Shown: positions 44,832 through 54,001, counted from the stretch's first letter. The stretch is 64,000 nucleotides of DNA from an uncultured Candidatus Micrarchaeota archaeon (GCA_963804385.1 CAWDQD010000007.1:100-64099); one strand, 5' to 3'. Translations and numbers: made by a program. The notes: generated by a model not told the origin, from the sequence alone.

Positions 44832-47779
44832 TTCCCCGTGTAGTACTGGTCCTGCATCCTGAAGATCCTCACTTTCGGCGAATCATAGACCAAATCGAAA
44901 CCAGGGATCGAGCCTAGCATGAACCCCTGGTACAGCGTGGAGCTGTAGAACGGGGTGGTCCGGTAGGCGTAGCTGCTTATCGGGTTGCCCAATGCATCGG
45001 TCCAGAGCTGCTCGTTGTCGTATATGGCCACGAACTGGAGGATGTTGTTGCTGTTGCTCGTGAGGATCCATCTTGCCGGGTGCAGCTGGAGGCTGCCGTC
45101 CTGGGTCTTGTTGTCGAGGTCGTATGTAACCAGGGCCTGCTGCCCGTTTATGGTCCCGACCACTCCGCAGTAGGCCGGAGGAGTGCTGTTCGAGGCGTAA
45201 TCCTCCTTGTAGACCAGGAAGCCCGTCAGGTTGGCCGAAACCGCGCATGCGGTCCCTCCCTGGGCCGGGGCGATTATGGTCTCCCACATGTGGTCTAGCT
45301 CGCAGGTCGATGTGCCGGGATCATGGTTCACGTCCGTCTGGTTGGCGTAGGCGCACGCGAGGTAGTTGAGCGCGCTGTACTTGCCTCCGAAGGAGATGTC
45401 CTGGTTGCTGTTGCCGCTGCCGAGCACCTCGATGTCCATCAGGGCGTACTGCGAACCGTATGCATTCATGGTGTTCCTGAGGTTGGACGCGTCTCCGTCC
45501 AGATAGGCGTAGGCCGTCGCCCCTATCATGTCCGAGCTGGCATGCTCGTTGCGGAGCACGGTGTCATGCATGCCGAAGAAGTTGATCCAGTGGCCATAGT
45601 CCCACCAGGATATGATGCGGCCGTCCGCAGGCACGTTGTCCTTTATCCATTCCATGGAGCTCATCCAGTAGTCCGGTATGAACGAGCAGCGGTATTGGAT
45701 GCCGCCCATTAGCTCCGGCGCGATGCCGGCAGAAGCGTTCCCGTCCAGGCTGTAGATGCACAGATCCTGGCTGAAGAACTGCACCGGGTCCGTTGTTATA
45801 TTGGCGATGTTCTGGGAAGCCGCGCAGAGAAGCGGGTTGGTCTGGCAGTAGCCGGCGAACCTGGCCGCCGTGGCTTGCGGAGCCTGCGTGAACGTAGGCG
45901 TGAAAGAAGTGAGCAGGATGCTGCCGCCCATCGATGGCGCCGGCGCTATCGGGAAACCCAGCTCCATCATCAGGACCAATACGACAAGCACCCACATGAT
46001 CGCGTTCAGGTCCGGTATCCTGCCTTTCAGCAGGTCGGCCGCCTCGCCGAAGACCGCCACCGTGGAGAATATCAGCGTCATGCCTAGGTATGTTATCAGC
46101 TTCTCCTTCTCGAGGCCCATGAACGTTATGGGGAGGATGAAGGATAGCAGCAGCAGAGCGTATATCGGCCACTTGCCTGTTTTGGCCGCCTTGAAGAACG
46201 ACACGAGCAGCAGCAGGATGCCCCAGAAGAAAAAGAGCGTCATCAGGGTGTCCGAGCGCTCTATTATCGGGAAATTGGCGGGTGCGCCGTTGGAGAATGT
46301 CAGCAGCGCGTTGAGCACCGAGGCTGTCCCGTTGAACAGCAGGTTGAACAGTATCGTGGGTATGGCGTTGATGAGGCCGACGGCGGATGTCACGATCCCC
46401 AGGGATCCCGTGCCTGTGAGCTGCATGGCGACGAATCCCAGCGTGTCGTCATAGACCGCCAGGCCCGGGGCCTGCTCGGCTATAGTCCTCTCGAGCGGCT
46501 GGGTATATGCGCCCCAATCCTCGTACGCGGTCATGAACTGCGCGAAGAACGACGTGTGCATGAAGATGAAACCCAGCACCACCAAGGAGCCGATCACGGC
46601 CCCGATGCGCTCGGTCTTGCCGATTTTCGGCGCGTAGCGGTCGAATACGAAATCCACCGCGAGCGGGAACGCCAGCGCGAGAGCGGGCAACCCGACATTC
46701 TCGAGGATGCCTTCGATCCCTGCCTTCAGATCCACCTGCGTCGAATACACGGTCAGGATGATCTGGACCAGGAGCATGCCGGCAAGGATCATCGCGAGCT
46801 GCTTGTTCCCCTTCTCATCCTTCTGCTGGATGTGGCGCAATCCCATGCAGAAGAAGAACACCGCGAGGCAGAAAGTGATGAGTATGTCCACGTTCGAGCC
46901 GAGCACCACGGCCCCGTAGGCGACGATGGCTAGCAGGGTGAACCTCATGGATTCGCGTTTGAGGGCTATGTAGAACATCGCGAGGAAGAAGAACAGCGCG
47001 AAGATGCTGTAGGGGACGATCTGCGCGTCGCCGCCCTGGAACTTGAGGAGGAAGAACGGCATGAAGGCCGTGAGGCCTGCCGCGAGTATGCCTGCGCGCT
47101 CGTCGTACATCTCCCTGAAGAACAAGTAGATGAAGAACACCGCGAGCCCTGCGGCGAGGGGCGGATAGACCGAGCCCACGCCGGTCAGGGTATAAGGCGA
47201 ATATGGCGCCTGCCCGTTGTACAGCGAGAACCATGGGGCGATCAGGTATTTGTAGAGCGGCTGGCCGAGGTGGTTCGACACGGTGAGCGGATACCACCCG
47301 GTCATGTCGTCGGCGAAGTTATGGCCGACCGTCACTATCTGGTGCACGCCTTCCAGGTAGAAGTACGGGTCCAGCTCGTAGAGCAGCCCCCCGGAAGAGG
47401 AGAGCGCGAGCCATACGGAGAGCGCGAGTATGAACAGCATCCCGATGGCCGGTGCGTTCGATTTGAGCGTGGCTATGTTCAGGCTCTTCATGCGCTCCTG
47501 GACGTCAGGGAACACCTTGTCCTTGTAGAGGAGCGCGACTCCTGCTATGAAGACGATGCCCCAGTTGATGAATATCCACGGAGTGGAATACAATATGCCT
47601 ACGAGGGATTCGAGGGTGAAGAGCAGCGGTACGGCGACCCAGCCCAGCGTATAGCCTATGAGCGTCTTGTCGATCGCGGATAGCTTCTCCTGGCGCAGGA
47701 ACCAGAACGCTAACGGTATGCCTGATGCGCCGAACGCCAAAGCGATCACGATTACCAATGGGATATCTGTGAAAAGCAT
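44828..47779 (-). CDS. aglB: archaeal oligosaccharyltransferase AglB (STT3 family)
   Basis: 983 aa. Multi-TM N-terminal half, WWDYGHWI catalytic motif and a large C-terminal soluble domain. Confidence 0.9.
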   Translation of the reverse strand: MLFTDIPLVIVIALAFGASGIPLAFWFLRQEKLSAIDKTLIGYTLGWVAVPLLFTLESLVGILYSTPWIFINWGIVFIAGVALLYKDKVFPDVQERMKSLNIATLKSNAPAIGMLFILALSVWLALSSSGGLLYELDPYFYLEGVHQIVTVGHNFADDMTGWYPLTVSNHLGQPLYKYLIAPWFSLYNGQAPYSPYTLTGVGSVYPPLAAGLAVFFIYLFFREMYDERAGILAAGLTAFMPFFLLKFQGGDAQIVPYSIFALFFFLAMFYIALKRESMRFTLLAIVAYGAVVLGSNVDILITFCLAVFFFCMGLRHIQQKDEKGNKQLAMILAGMLLVQIILTVYSTQVDLKAGIEGILENVGLPALALAFPLAVDFVFDRYAPKIGKTERIGAVIGSLVVLGFIFMHTSFFAQFMTAYEDWGAYTQPLERTIAEQAPGLAVYDDTLGFVAMQLTGTGSLGIVTSAVGLINAIPTILFNLLFNGTASVLNALLTFSNGAPANFPIIERSDTLMTLFFFWGILLLLVSFFKAAKTGKWPIYALLLLSFILPITFMGLEKEKLITYLGMTLIFSTVAVFGEAADLLKGRIPDLNAIMWVLVVLVLMMELGFPIAPAPSMGGSILLTSFTPTFTQAPQATAARFAGYCQTNPLLCAASQNIANITTDPVQFFSQDLCIYSLDGNASAGIAPELMGGIQYRCSFIPDYWMSSMEWIKDNVPADGRIISWWDYGHWINFFGMHDTVLRNEHASSDMIGATAYAYLDGDASNLRNTMNAYGSQYALMDIEVLGSGNSNQDISFGGKYSALNYLACAYANQTDVNHDPGTSTCELDHMWETIIAPAQGGTACAVSANLTGFLVYKEDYASNSTPPAYCGVVGTINGQQALVTYDLDNKTQDGSLQLHPARWILTSNSNNILQFVAIYDNEQLWTDALGNPISSYAYRTTPFYSSTLYQGFMLGSIPGFDLVYDSPKVRIFRMQDQYYTGK

Positions 47780-47882
47780 CGATTACCCTCTCCAATCATG
47801 TGTTTACCGGAAAGTATATTATATCATGCGGACGGCCCGCAAGATCCTATTTGAGCCGAAAGGATTAAATATAAGTAACAGT

Positions 47883-47903
47883 AAGGTTACATTAGCATTA
47901 CAA
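47883..47903 (+). promoter_or_regulatory. 21-nt motif AAGGTTACATTAGCATTACAA (copy 2 of 2)
   Basis: Lies between ttaaatataag and the ATG at 47921. One mismatch to 22011-22031. Confidence 0.6.
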
Positions 47904-47920
47904 TAAACGAAGGTGAAATC

Positions 47921-48373
47921 ATGGACATGAAAATAATAGGGGCGGTATTCGTTGTAGCGATACTCGCGTTCGTAGGGATAGGGTACGCCACCAATTGGTA
48001 TCATGGGGGCATGAACGGCACAGCCATGAACCAGACTTGGAGCGGCCATGGGAATATGAGCAGGACCGGACACGGATTCCAGACACCGCCGGGCAACTTC
48101 ACGAGAGCCAATTCCACCACGATCCAGCAGTTCGAGCAGTCGATCAAGAGCGACGACTTCCAGACCGCGATGGAGCTCCACACGACCTACGGTCTCGGCG
48201 GGCCGATATTCGACAAGCTGAATTCGACCACGTTCTCGCAGTACTCGCAGATAGCCGATCTGCAGGCGCAATTGGATCGGGAGCTCGGGATGAACCGGTC
48301 TATGGGCGGTTTAGGCGGATTCGGAGGTTTCGGGATGTCGCACATGAAGCCTCAAATGAACCAGACAAGGTAA
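47921..48373 (+). CDS. small secreted/anchored protein, hypothetical
   Basis: 150 aa. N-terminal TM/signal IIGAVFVVAILAFVGIGYA, sequons, Gly/Met-rich tail. Confidence 0.55.
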   Translation: MDMKIIGAVFVVAILAFVGIGYATNWYHGGMNGTAMNQTWSGHGNMSRTGHGFQTPPGNFTRANSTTIQQFEQSIKSDDFQTAMELHTTYGLGGPIFDKLNSTTFSQYSQIADLQAQLDRELGMNRSMGGLGGFGGFGMSHMKPQMNQTR

Positions 48374-48383
48374 TGTTAGCGGG

Positions 48384-48917
48384 GTGTATCCTATGGATTC
48401 AGGGGAACTGTCGAGCATACTGGCCAAAGAGCTGAAATTCCATGACTATCGCATAGAAGCACCCGCCAATCTTTTTCACAAACTGGCGGCCAGCGGCAGG
48501 CCGGAGATGGATCCGGACCAATCCGATTCAGCTTTCGAGGTGGGCATGCTGATAAGCAAGGTGATGCGGGAGGCTCCCATCCCGCGGGAGATGGTGGTGC
48601 CGAAAGTCGCCATCGAAGTGATAGGCGGGATTACCGCCGACGACATCATCCTGCAAAGCGACAAGGCGCTCAAACACAAGGACCTCTACCCGTACCTCAG
48701 GTGCGGCATCGTCCTCTCGGACGAGGAATCCATCCCGAACAAATTCTTCAATTACGGCCGGGGCATAGATTTCGCGTTGGCCATAACCGCGGTAGACGAG
48801 GAATTCGTGAGCGAGGTCAAGAGGCAGCTGCTGATCGCGGATAAATTCGAGAGCAACCTTTTCGGAGACGCTCCGCTGAAGTTCTACTCCACGGAGCCGA
48901 TCTTCCGGAAAGCCTGA
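48384..48917 (+). CDS. hypothetical protein
   Basis: 177-aa ORF, 10 nt after the previous gene. No recognised motif. Confidence 0.5.
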   Translation: MYPMDSGELSSILAKELKFHDYRIEAPANLFHKLAASGRPEMDPDQSDSAFEVGMLISKVMREAPIPREMVVPKVAIEVIGGITADDIILQSDKALKHKDLYPYLRCGIVLSDEESIPNKFFNYGRGIDFALAITAVDEEFVSEVKRQLLIADKFESNLFGDAPLKFYSTEPIFRKA

Positions 48918-48920
48918 TCA

Positions 48921-49448
48921 TCAGAAGCCCAGGCTGTCGAGTATCTTCGAAGTCTTGAATTTCTTGTCGTCGATTTTATTTTCAAGCTTCACTATCTCCA
49001 CGCCTTTGGGCCTGATGAAGTCCTTCTGGTCGTACCCGTAGACAATGACGTCCGGAGATACGAACTCGATCATCTTCTTCGCATCGTCGAAACCAGAGAC
49101 CGATGCGTCCACCATCTTGAGAGACTCCACCATCAGCCTGCGGTATTCCTGCGGGTGGATCGGTTCCCTGCCCTTCTTCTTGATGTGCTCGTCCTTGGCT
49201 ACCGCCACTATGAGCACGTCCCCGTGCTTCTTGGCTTCGCTCAGCGTGAACACGTGGCCGATATGCAGGATGTCGAACACCCCTCCTGTGAGCACGACGC
49301 GTATCTTTTTCCTCTCGTCATCCTTCAGGTAGAACCTGCCCTTTTTTCCGATGAGCATCTTTTTCTCGTTCTCGGGGAGGCAGTGGTACGCTTCCTCTGG
49401 TATGCCCGCGTACTGTATCTGCATTATGAAAAGCTTCTTGGCTGTCAT
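48921..49448 (-). CDS. cytidylyltransferase-family nucleotidyltransferase (RibL/TagD-like)
   Basis: VVLTGGVFDILHIGHVFTLSEAKKHGDVLIVAVAKDE carries the GxFDxxHxGH signature. Confidence 0.7.
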   Translation of the reverse strand: MTAKKLFIMQIQYAGIPEEAYHCLPENEKKMLIGKKGRFYLKDDERKKIRVVLTGGVFDILHIGHVFTLSEAKKHGDVLIVAVAKDEHIKKKGREPIHPQEYRRLMVESLKMVDASVSGFDDAKKMIEFVSPDVIVYGYDQKDFIRPKGVEIVKLENKIDDKKFKTSKILDSLGF

Positions 49449-49452
49449 GTCA

Positions 49453-50913
49453 TCACTTGGTGTCTATCTGCGCCCTCTGCAGCTTCCCGGAATAATCCAC
49501 GTAGACGCTCTTCACGTGCGAGAACTCGTCGATGCCCAGGATGCCCGCTTCCCTCGTGTGGCCTGTGCCCTTGACTCCGCCGAACGGGAGGTGGACCTCC
49601 GCTCCGATGGTGCTGGAATTCACGTAGGTTATCCCGCTCTCGATGCCCTCTATGGCCCGGAACGCGTTGTTGACATCCTTAGTATATATAGAGGAGCTGA
49701 GCCCGTACTCCACGGAGTTCGCGATGTCTATCGCCTCGTCCAGCTCGTCGAATTGGAGGATGGAAAGAACCGGGCCGAATATCTCCTCCCTCGCTATCCT
49801 CATCTCTTTCTGGACGGAATCGAACACGGTCGGCTGGAAGAAGAACCCATTGCCCGGGCTGCGCTTCCCGCCGCAGAGCAGTTTAGCTCCCTCGTCCTGG
49901 CCGATCCGGACATATCTCTCGGTCTTCTCCAGCGCTGCCTTGTTGATGAGAGGGCCGACATCCGTGGTCTTCAGCAATCCGCTGCCCAAACGGAGCTTCT
50001 TCGCACGCGCGACGATCTCGCCGACCAGCTTCTCCTTTATGCAGCTGTCCGCTATCACCCTGCTCGTCGAAGTGCATCTCTGCCCCGTAGTGCCGAACGC
50101 GCCCCAGATTATGCCGTCCACCGCTAGTTCGAGGTCCGCGTCGTCCATGACTATGATCGCGTTCTTCCCTCCCAGTTCGAGGCCGACCTTCTTCAATCCG
50201 GCGTTCTTCGTTATCCATTCCCCGGTGGCTTTCGAGCCTGTGAACGAGATGCCGTCTATCTCCGGATGCTTCACCATCGCTTCGCCGACCGTGGATGCCG
50301 GCCCGGTCACGAGATTGAGCACGCCCGGTGGCAATCCGGCCTTCTCGAAGAGCTTCACCATCTCGTACGCGCACAGCGGCGTGTCCGAGCTGGGCTTGAG
50401 GACCACTGTGTTGCCGCACACCAATGCTGCGCCGAGCTTCCAGGCCGGTATGGCGAAAGGGAAATTCCATGGCGTGATCAGGCCCATCACTCCGACCGGC
50501 CGTCTCACTGTCATGCAGAACTTGCTTCTCAGCTCGCTCGTGGTGGTGTTGCCTAAGAGGCGCCTGCCTTCGCCTGAGAAATATTCGAGCATGTCTATGG
50601 CTTCCTGCACGTCTCCGAGCGCTTCGGGAAGCACTTTCCCCATCTCGCTCGATACCAATCTGCCGAGCCTCTCCTTGTCGGCTTTCAGCATCATGGACAC
50701 TTTCAGGATAATATGCGCCCGCGTAGGCGGGGGCGTCTTTGACCATGCATCGAGGGCCTCGTGCGCGGCGAACACCGCTTCGTCCACGTCGTTCTCATCT
50801 CCCATCGGGAACCTGGCTATGACCTTTCCCGTCGCAGGGTCGTGGTCATCGAAATTTTTGTTCTTGCCAATCCATTTCCCGTTGATGCACATCTTCTGCT
50901 TTCCAATGAACAT
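49453..50913 (-). CDS. NAD(P)-dependent aldehyde dehydrogenase
   Basis: ELGGKNAIIV and FGTTGQRCTSTSR are the active-site Glu and Cys motifs. Start MFIGKQKMCINGKW is preferred over the ORF-track start 51078, which would overlap the divergent dut gene. Alternative start 50946. Confidence 0.85.
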   Translation of the reverse strand: MFIGKQKMCINGKWIGKNKNFDDHDPATGKVIARFPMGDENDVDEAVFAAHEALDAWSKTPPPTRAHIILKVSMMLKADKERLGRLVSSEMGKVLPEALGDVQEAIDMLEYFSGEGRRLLGNTTTSELRSKFCMTVRRPVGVMGLITPWNFPFAIPAWKLGAALVCGNTVVLKPSSDTPLCAYEMVKLFEKAGLPPGVLNLVTGPASTVGEAMVKHPEIDGISFTGSKATGEWITKNAGLKKVGLELGGKNAIIVMDDADLELAVDGIIWGAFGTTGQRCTSTSRVIADSCIKEKLVGEIVARAKKLRLGSGLLKTTDVGPLINKAALEKTERYVRIGQDEGAKLLCGGKRSPGNGFFFQPTVFDSVQKEMRIAREEIFGPVLSILQFDELDEAIDIANSVEYGLSSSIYTKDVNNAFRAIEGIESGITYVNSSTIGAEVHLPFGGVKGTGHTREAGILGIDEFSHVKSVYVDYSGKLQRAQIDTK

Positions 50914-50960
50914 GACGATTCCCCCCGGTTTTCCGGACAATTCCATGAACCGTCCAAGGA

Positions 50961-50968
50961 TTATAAAT
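50961..50968. promoter_or_regulatory. shared TATA element TTATAAAT between divergent ALDH and dUTPase genes
   Basis: 22-29 nt upstream of the dut ATG (50990, leaderless-type). On the other strand it lies 48-55 nt upstream of the ALDH start at 50913, which is preceded by GGGGGG. Confidence 0.45.
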
Positions 50969-50989
50969 CTTTGGCGGCCTTTCCTATAC

Positions 50990-51475
50990 ATGATTCTTCC
51001 GAAGCAGCATCTGGAGGCAGCGAATCTCATGGACAACGTCCATGCAAGCCAATTCCAGCCCTGCGGCATAGATGTCACGCTGAAGGAAGCGTATCATTTC
51101 AGATCAGCAGGCAAGATCGACTTCGACAACAAGGAGAGGAAGATAAGCGACGTGGAGCCGGTCCCGTTCCAGTCCGAAGACGTCCATCTCCAGCCCGGCG
51201 CTTACAAGGTCATGTTCAACGAATACGTCCGCATCCCGAAGGACGCGGCAGCATTCTGCTTTCCCCGCTCATCGCTTCTGCGGTGCGGAGTGAGCCTGGA
51301 ATGCGCGGTCTGGGATCCCGGCTACGAAGGCAGGAGCGAGGCATTGCTCATCGTGCGCAACGAGCACGGAGTGACGCTCAAACGGAACGCTAAGATAGGC
51401 CAGATGGTCTTCATCAAGCTCGTGGATGCCACGAGCTCTCTTTATGAAGGGAAATACAGGGGGGAGAACAAATGA
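50990..51475 (+). CDS. dut: dCTP deaminase/dUTPase-family protein (archaeal-type dUTPase)
   Basis: 161 aa from MILPKQHL. FPRSSLLRCGV and VWDPGYEGRSEALLIVRN...IGQMVF match the family. The long upstream part of ORF 49643..51475 is antisense to the ALDH gene and is rejected. Confidence 0.75.
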   Translation: MILPKQHLEAANLMDNVHASQFQPCGIDVTLKEAYHFRSAGKIDFDNKERKISDVEPVPFQSEDVHLQPGAYKVMFNEYVRIPKDAAAFCFPRSSLLRCGVSLECAVWDPGYEGRSEALLIVRNEHGVTLKRNAKIGQMVFIKLVDATSSLYEGKYRGENK

Positions 51476-51624
51476 AAGAACCAATCTATCAGTACAGGAA
51501 GGGGGGCAAGCTGATAATAGTCTACGACGACGACAGCGTGGAGGAGCATCGCGATGATGAGCGCGATATCGTCTCGTCGATCTGCCCGGAATGCATGAAG
51601 ATTGAATGCGTGTGCAAGAAATGA
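51472..51624 (+). CDS. 50-aa Cys-containing mini-protein, translationally coupled to dut
   Basis: Not in the ORF track (below 60 aa). ATGA overlap at 51472-51475. MKEPIYQYRKGGKLIIVYDDDSVEEHRDDERDIVSSICPECMKIECVCKK carries CPEC-x5-CVC. Confidence 0.4.
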   Translation: MKEPIYQYRKGGKLIIVYDDDSVEEHRDDERDIVSSICPECMKIECVCKK

Positions 51625-51729
51625 TCGGCATGAACGGCTGGTTTTCCCCGTCGTGGTGCCGACGATAGCATTTATAATCCATCGCCGTGATTATCAAAAG
51701 CTCCCCGAGAGGGGCAAGAAGGTGAAAAT

Positions 51730-51945
51730 ATGGGACAAAAAATAGGAACAGAGAAAATCTCGAGAGAAGACGGATACCTGTACTACATCGGCAAGGATGG
51801 TTTCGTTTGGGCCGCCCCGATGAAGCACAACACAAGGGGAAAGAAGAAGAAAGTAGGTAGCGTGAAGATCAGCAAAGAGAGCGGATACATGTACTACCTC
51901 GGCAAAGACGGCTTCGTCTGCAAGGCGAAACTGAAAAACGCATAA
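51730..51945 (+). CDS. 71-aa internally duplicated mini-protein
   Basis: Two copies of K-I-S-[RK]-E-[DS]-G-Y-[LM]-Y-Y-[IL]-G-K-D-G-F-V separated by a Lys-rich linker. TATA catttataat and AAGGTGA upstream. Confidence 0.55.
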   Translation: MGQKIGTEKISREDGYLYYIGKDGFVWAAPMKHNTRGKKKKVGSVKISKESGYMYYLGKDGFVCKAKLKNA

Positions 51946-51952
51946 ATATTCC

Positions 51953-51984
51953 CCGCCGTTCCAACGGCGGTTTATTCTCTTTTT
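51953..51984 (+). terminator. hairpin plus T-tract terminator-like element
   Basis: CCGCCGTT-CC-AACGGCGG perfect 8-bp stem (51953-51970), followed by tttattctcttttt. Confidence 0.5.
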
Positions 51985-52054
51985 ATCAAATTAATCCCAA
52001 GAAAAATCTGTCCGCTCTTCATCGTCAATTCAAAATCCCACGGGCCCTGGAAAT

Positions 52055-52636
52055 TCAGTTAGGCCCCTGGTAGAGCACCACGCAATTATCCCCTTCGAGT
52101 CCGCAGAATATTTTTCCTGCGAGCATGAACTGTGGGCATACCCACGGTCTCGAGTATATGGCAGCGTATTGCGCCGAGACGTTTCCGGCGTATTGCTGGT
52201 TCACGCAGATGAACTGGGTCGGCACGTTGTTGTCGCACGCGCTTATCAGCTGCTTCGAGCATTGTGAGGATGAATTCGCATAGAACATGGCTTGGGTGAG
52301 GTTGAATCCCGCTCCGGCGGAATTGTTCAATTCCTCGGCCGGATTTATCCCCATCGTGCTGTTGGTGATGTTGACCGGCTGGTTCGGGCAATTGTATATC
52401 GCGCCTGGCACCGCGCATCCGTTGGACGGTATCCCGCAGATATAGCCATCAGGGCATGTAGTATTTTGCGTCGCATTCGTGGTGTTAGGCACCGGAGGAA
52501 CGCACGGCGGGATATCGTTCGGAGCGCGGCAGGTCACCACTCCGTTGCATGTCACGTTCACGCAATTCACCGGAGCGGTCGTGGTGCAGCCTAAGAGCAA
52601 TATCAGGGCCAAACCCAGAAGGGCGAGGTATTTCAT
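52055..52636 (-). CDS. Cys-rich secreted lipoprotein-like protein
   Basis: MKYLALLGLALILLLGCTT lipobox-like N-terminus. About 20 Cys and several sequons. Confidence 0.55.
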   Translation of the reverse strand: MKYLALLGLALILLLGCTTTAPVNCVNVTCNGVVTCRAPNDIPPCVPPVPNTTNATQNTTCPDGYICGIPSNGCAVPGAIYNCPNQPVNITNSTMGINPAEELNNSAGAGFNLTQAMFYANSSSQCSKQLISACDNNVPTQFICVNQQYAGNVSAQYAAIYSRPWVCPQFMLAGKIFCGLEGDNCVVLYQGPN

Positions 52637-52673
52637 TATATCCCATCGGTTCGCGTAAAATAAAAGATTATGC

Positions 52674-54001
52674 CTACTTCAGCACTTTCGCGATGGCCCT
52701 TTCCAGTTCCCCATCCTTGGTCTTCAGGGCGTAGCGGATATGCAGAATCGGTATCTTCAGCTTGAGGACTCGGGTTATGTCCACCGGAGTCCCGGAGACG
52801 ACTATCTCGGCCTTGCTCTTGTTTATGGTCTCTGTCAGCTCGTCGATCTGCTTGCCGTAATAACCTAAGGCTGGGATCACGCATCCGATGTGCTCGTACT
52901 TGGCATACATATCCTTTATGCTGCCGACAGCGAAAGGCCTCGGGTCTATGACATCAGCACCGTTGCGGGCCGCGTATTCGAATCCGGCCCCGAAGCTCAT
53001 GCCGCCGTGCGTTATCGTGGGTCCGTCCTCTATGACTATGACTTTTTTATCGTAGATGTTCATCTCCCTGGCCGGAGAGAGGTCCATATCAGCTTCGATT
53101 ACCATGGCTTTGGGATTGAACTTCTCTATGTTCTTGCGGATCCTCGCCGCATCCATCGGGTTCTCGCTCGTCTTGTTGATTATGATGACGTCGGCGGACC
53201 TGAAATTCGTCTCGCCTGGATAGTACAGCATCTCATGCCCCGGCCGGAGCGCGTCCGCGACAGTGAAATAGACGTCCGGCTTGATGAACGGCATGTCGTT
53301 GTTACCGCCGTCCCATATGATTATGTCCGCCTCTTTCTCGGCTTCCTTGAGTATGGCGGCATAGTCCACCCCTGCGAACACGACGATCCCGTTGTTCACG
53401 TGCCATTCGTATTCCTCCCTCTCCTCTATGGTGCACTTGGCCCTGTCCAGATCCTCCATGGTGGCGAAGCGCTGCACCCTCTGCTTCACGAGGTCGCCGT
53501 ACGGCATCGGGTGCCTGATCACAACGAACTTGGCCTTCTTCCTTTTGAGTATGTCGCCCAAAGCGACCGAGACCGCGCTCTTCCCCGCGCCTGTCCTCAC
53601 CGCCGTGACCGCTATGACCTTCTTGCTGCTTTTCAGCATGGTCTCGCGGGGCCCTAAGAGAACGAAACTCGCGCCTTTGGCCTGCACCCTTGAAGCGAGA
53701 TGCATGACATAGTCGTGCGAGACATCCGAATAGGAGAAATAGACTTCGTCTATGTGATGCTCGACGATGAGCGATTCCAGGTCCTTCTCCTCGAAGATGG
53801 GGATCCCTTTCGGATATAAGCTGCCGGAGAGCTCCGGAGGGTACTTCCTGTTCGCGATGTTCGGTATCTGGGTCGCTGTGAATGCGACTACTTCGAATGC
53901 GGCGTTATTTCGGAAAAAAACATTGAAATTGTGGAATTCGTGGGCTGCTACTGCAGCTAATCACGTCCCGCCGCTCCGAGTATTAGGACTTTTCTAGCCA
54001 T
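52674..54001 (-). pseudogene. COG2403-family P-loop protein (predicted GTPase / cyclic 2,3-diphosphoglycerate synthetase-like) with a 1-nt frame disruption after codon 14
   Basis: ATG at 54001-53999 gives MARKVLILGAAGRD, then TAG. The -1 frame continues LAAVAAHEFHNFNVFFRNNAAFEVVAFTATQIPNI...SYSDVSHDYVMHLASR... to 52674 with no start codon of its own. P-loop AVRTGAGKS. Confidence 0.7.

Noticed and set aside
49643-50989. Upstream 450 codons of the 610-aa ORF 49643..51475
   Set aside because: This part is antisense to the aldehyde dehydrogenase gene. Only the last 161 codons (from ATG 50990, with a TATA 22 nt upstream) match the dUTPase/dCTP deaminase family.
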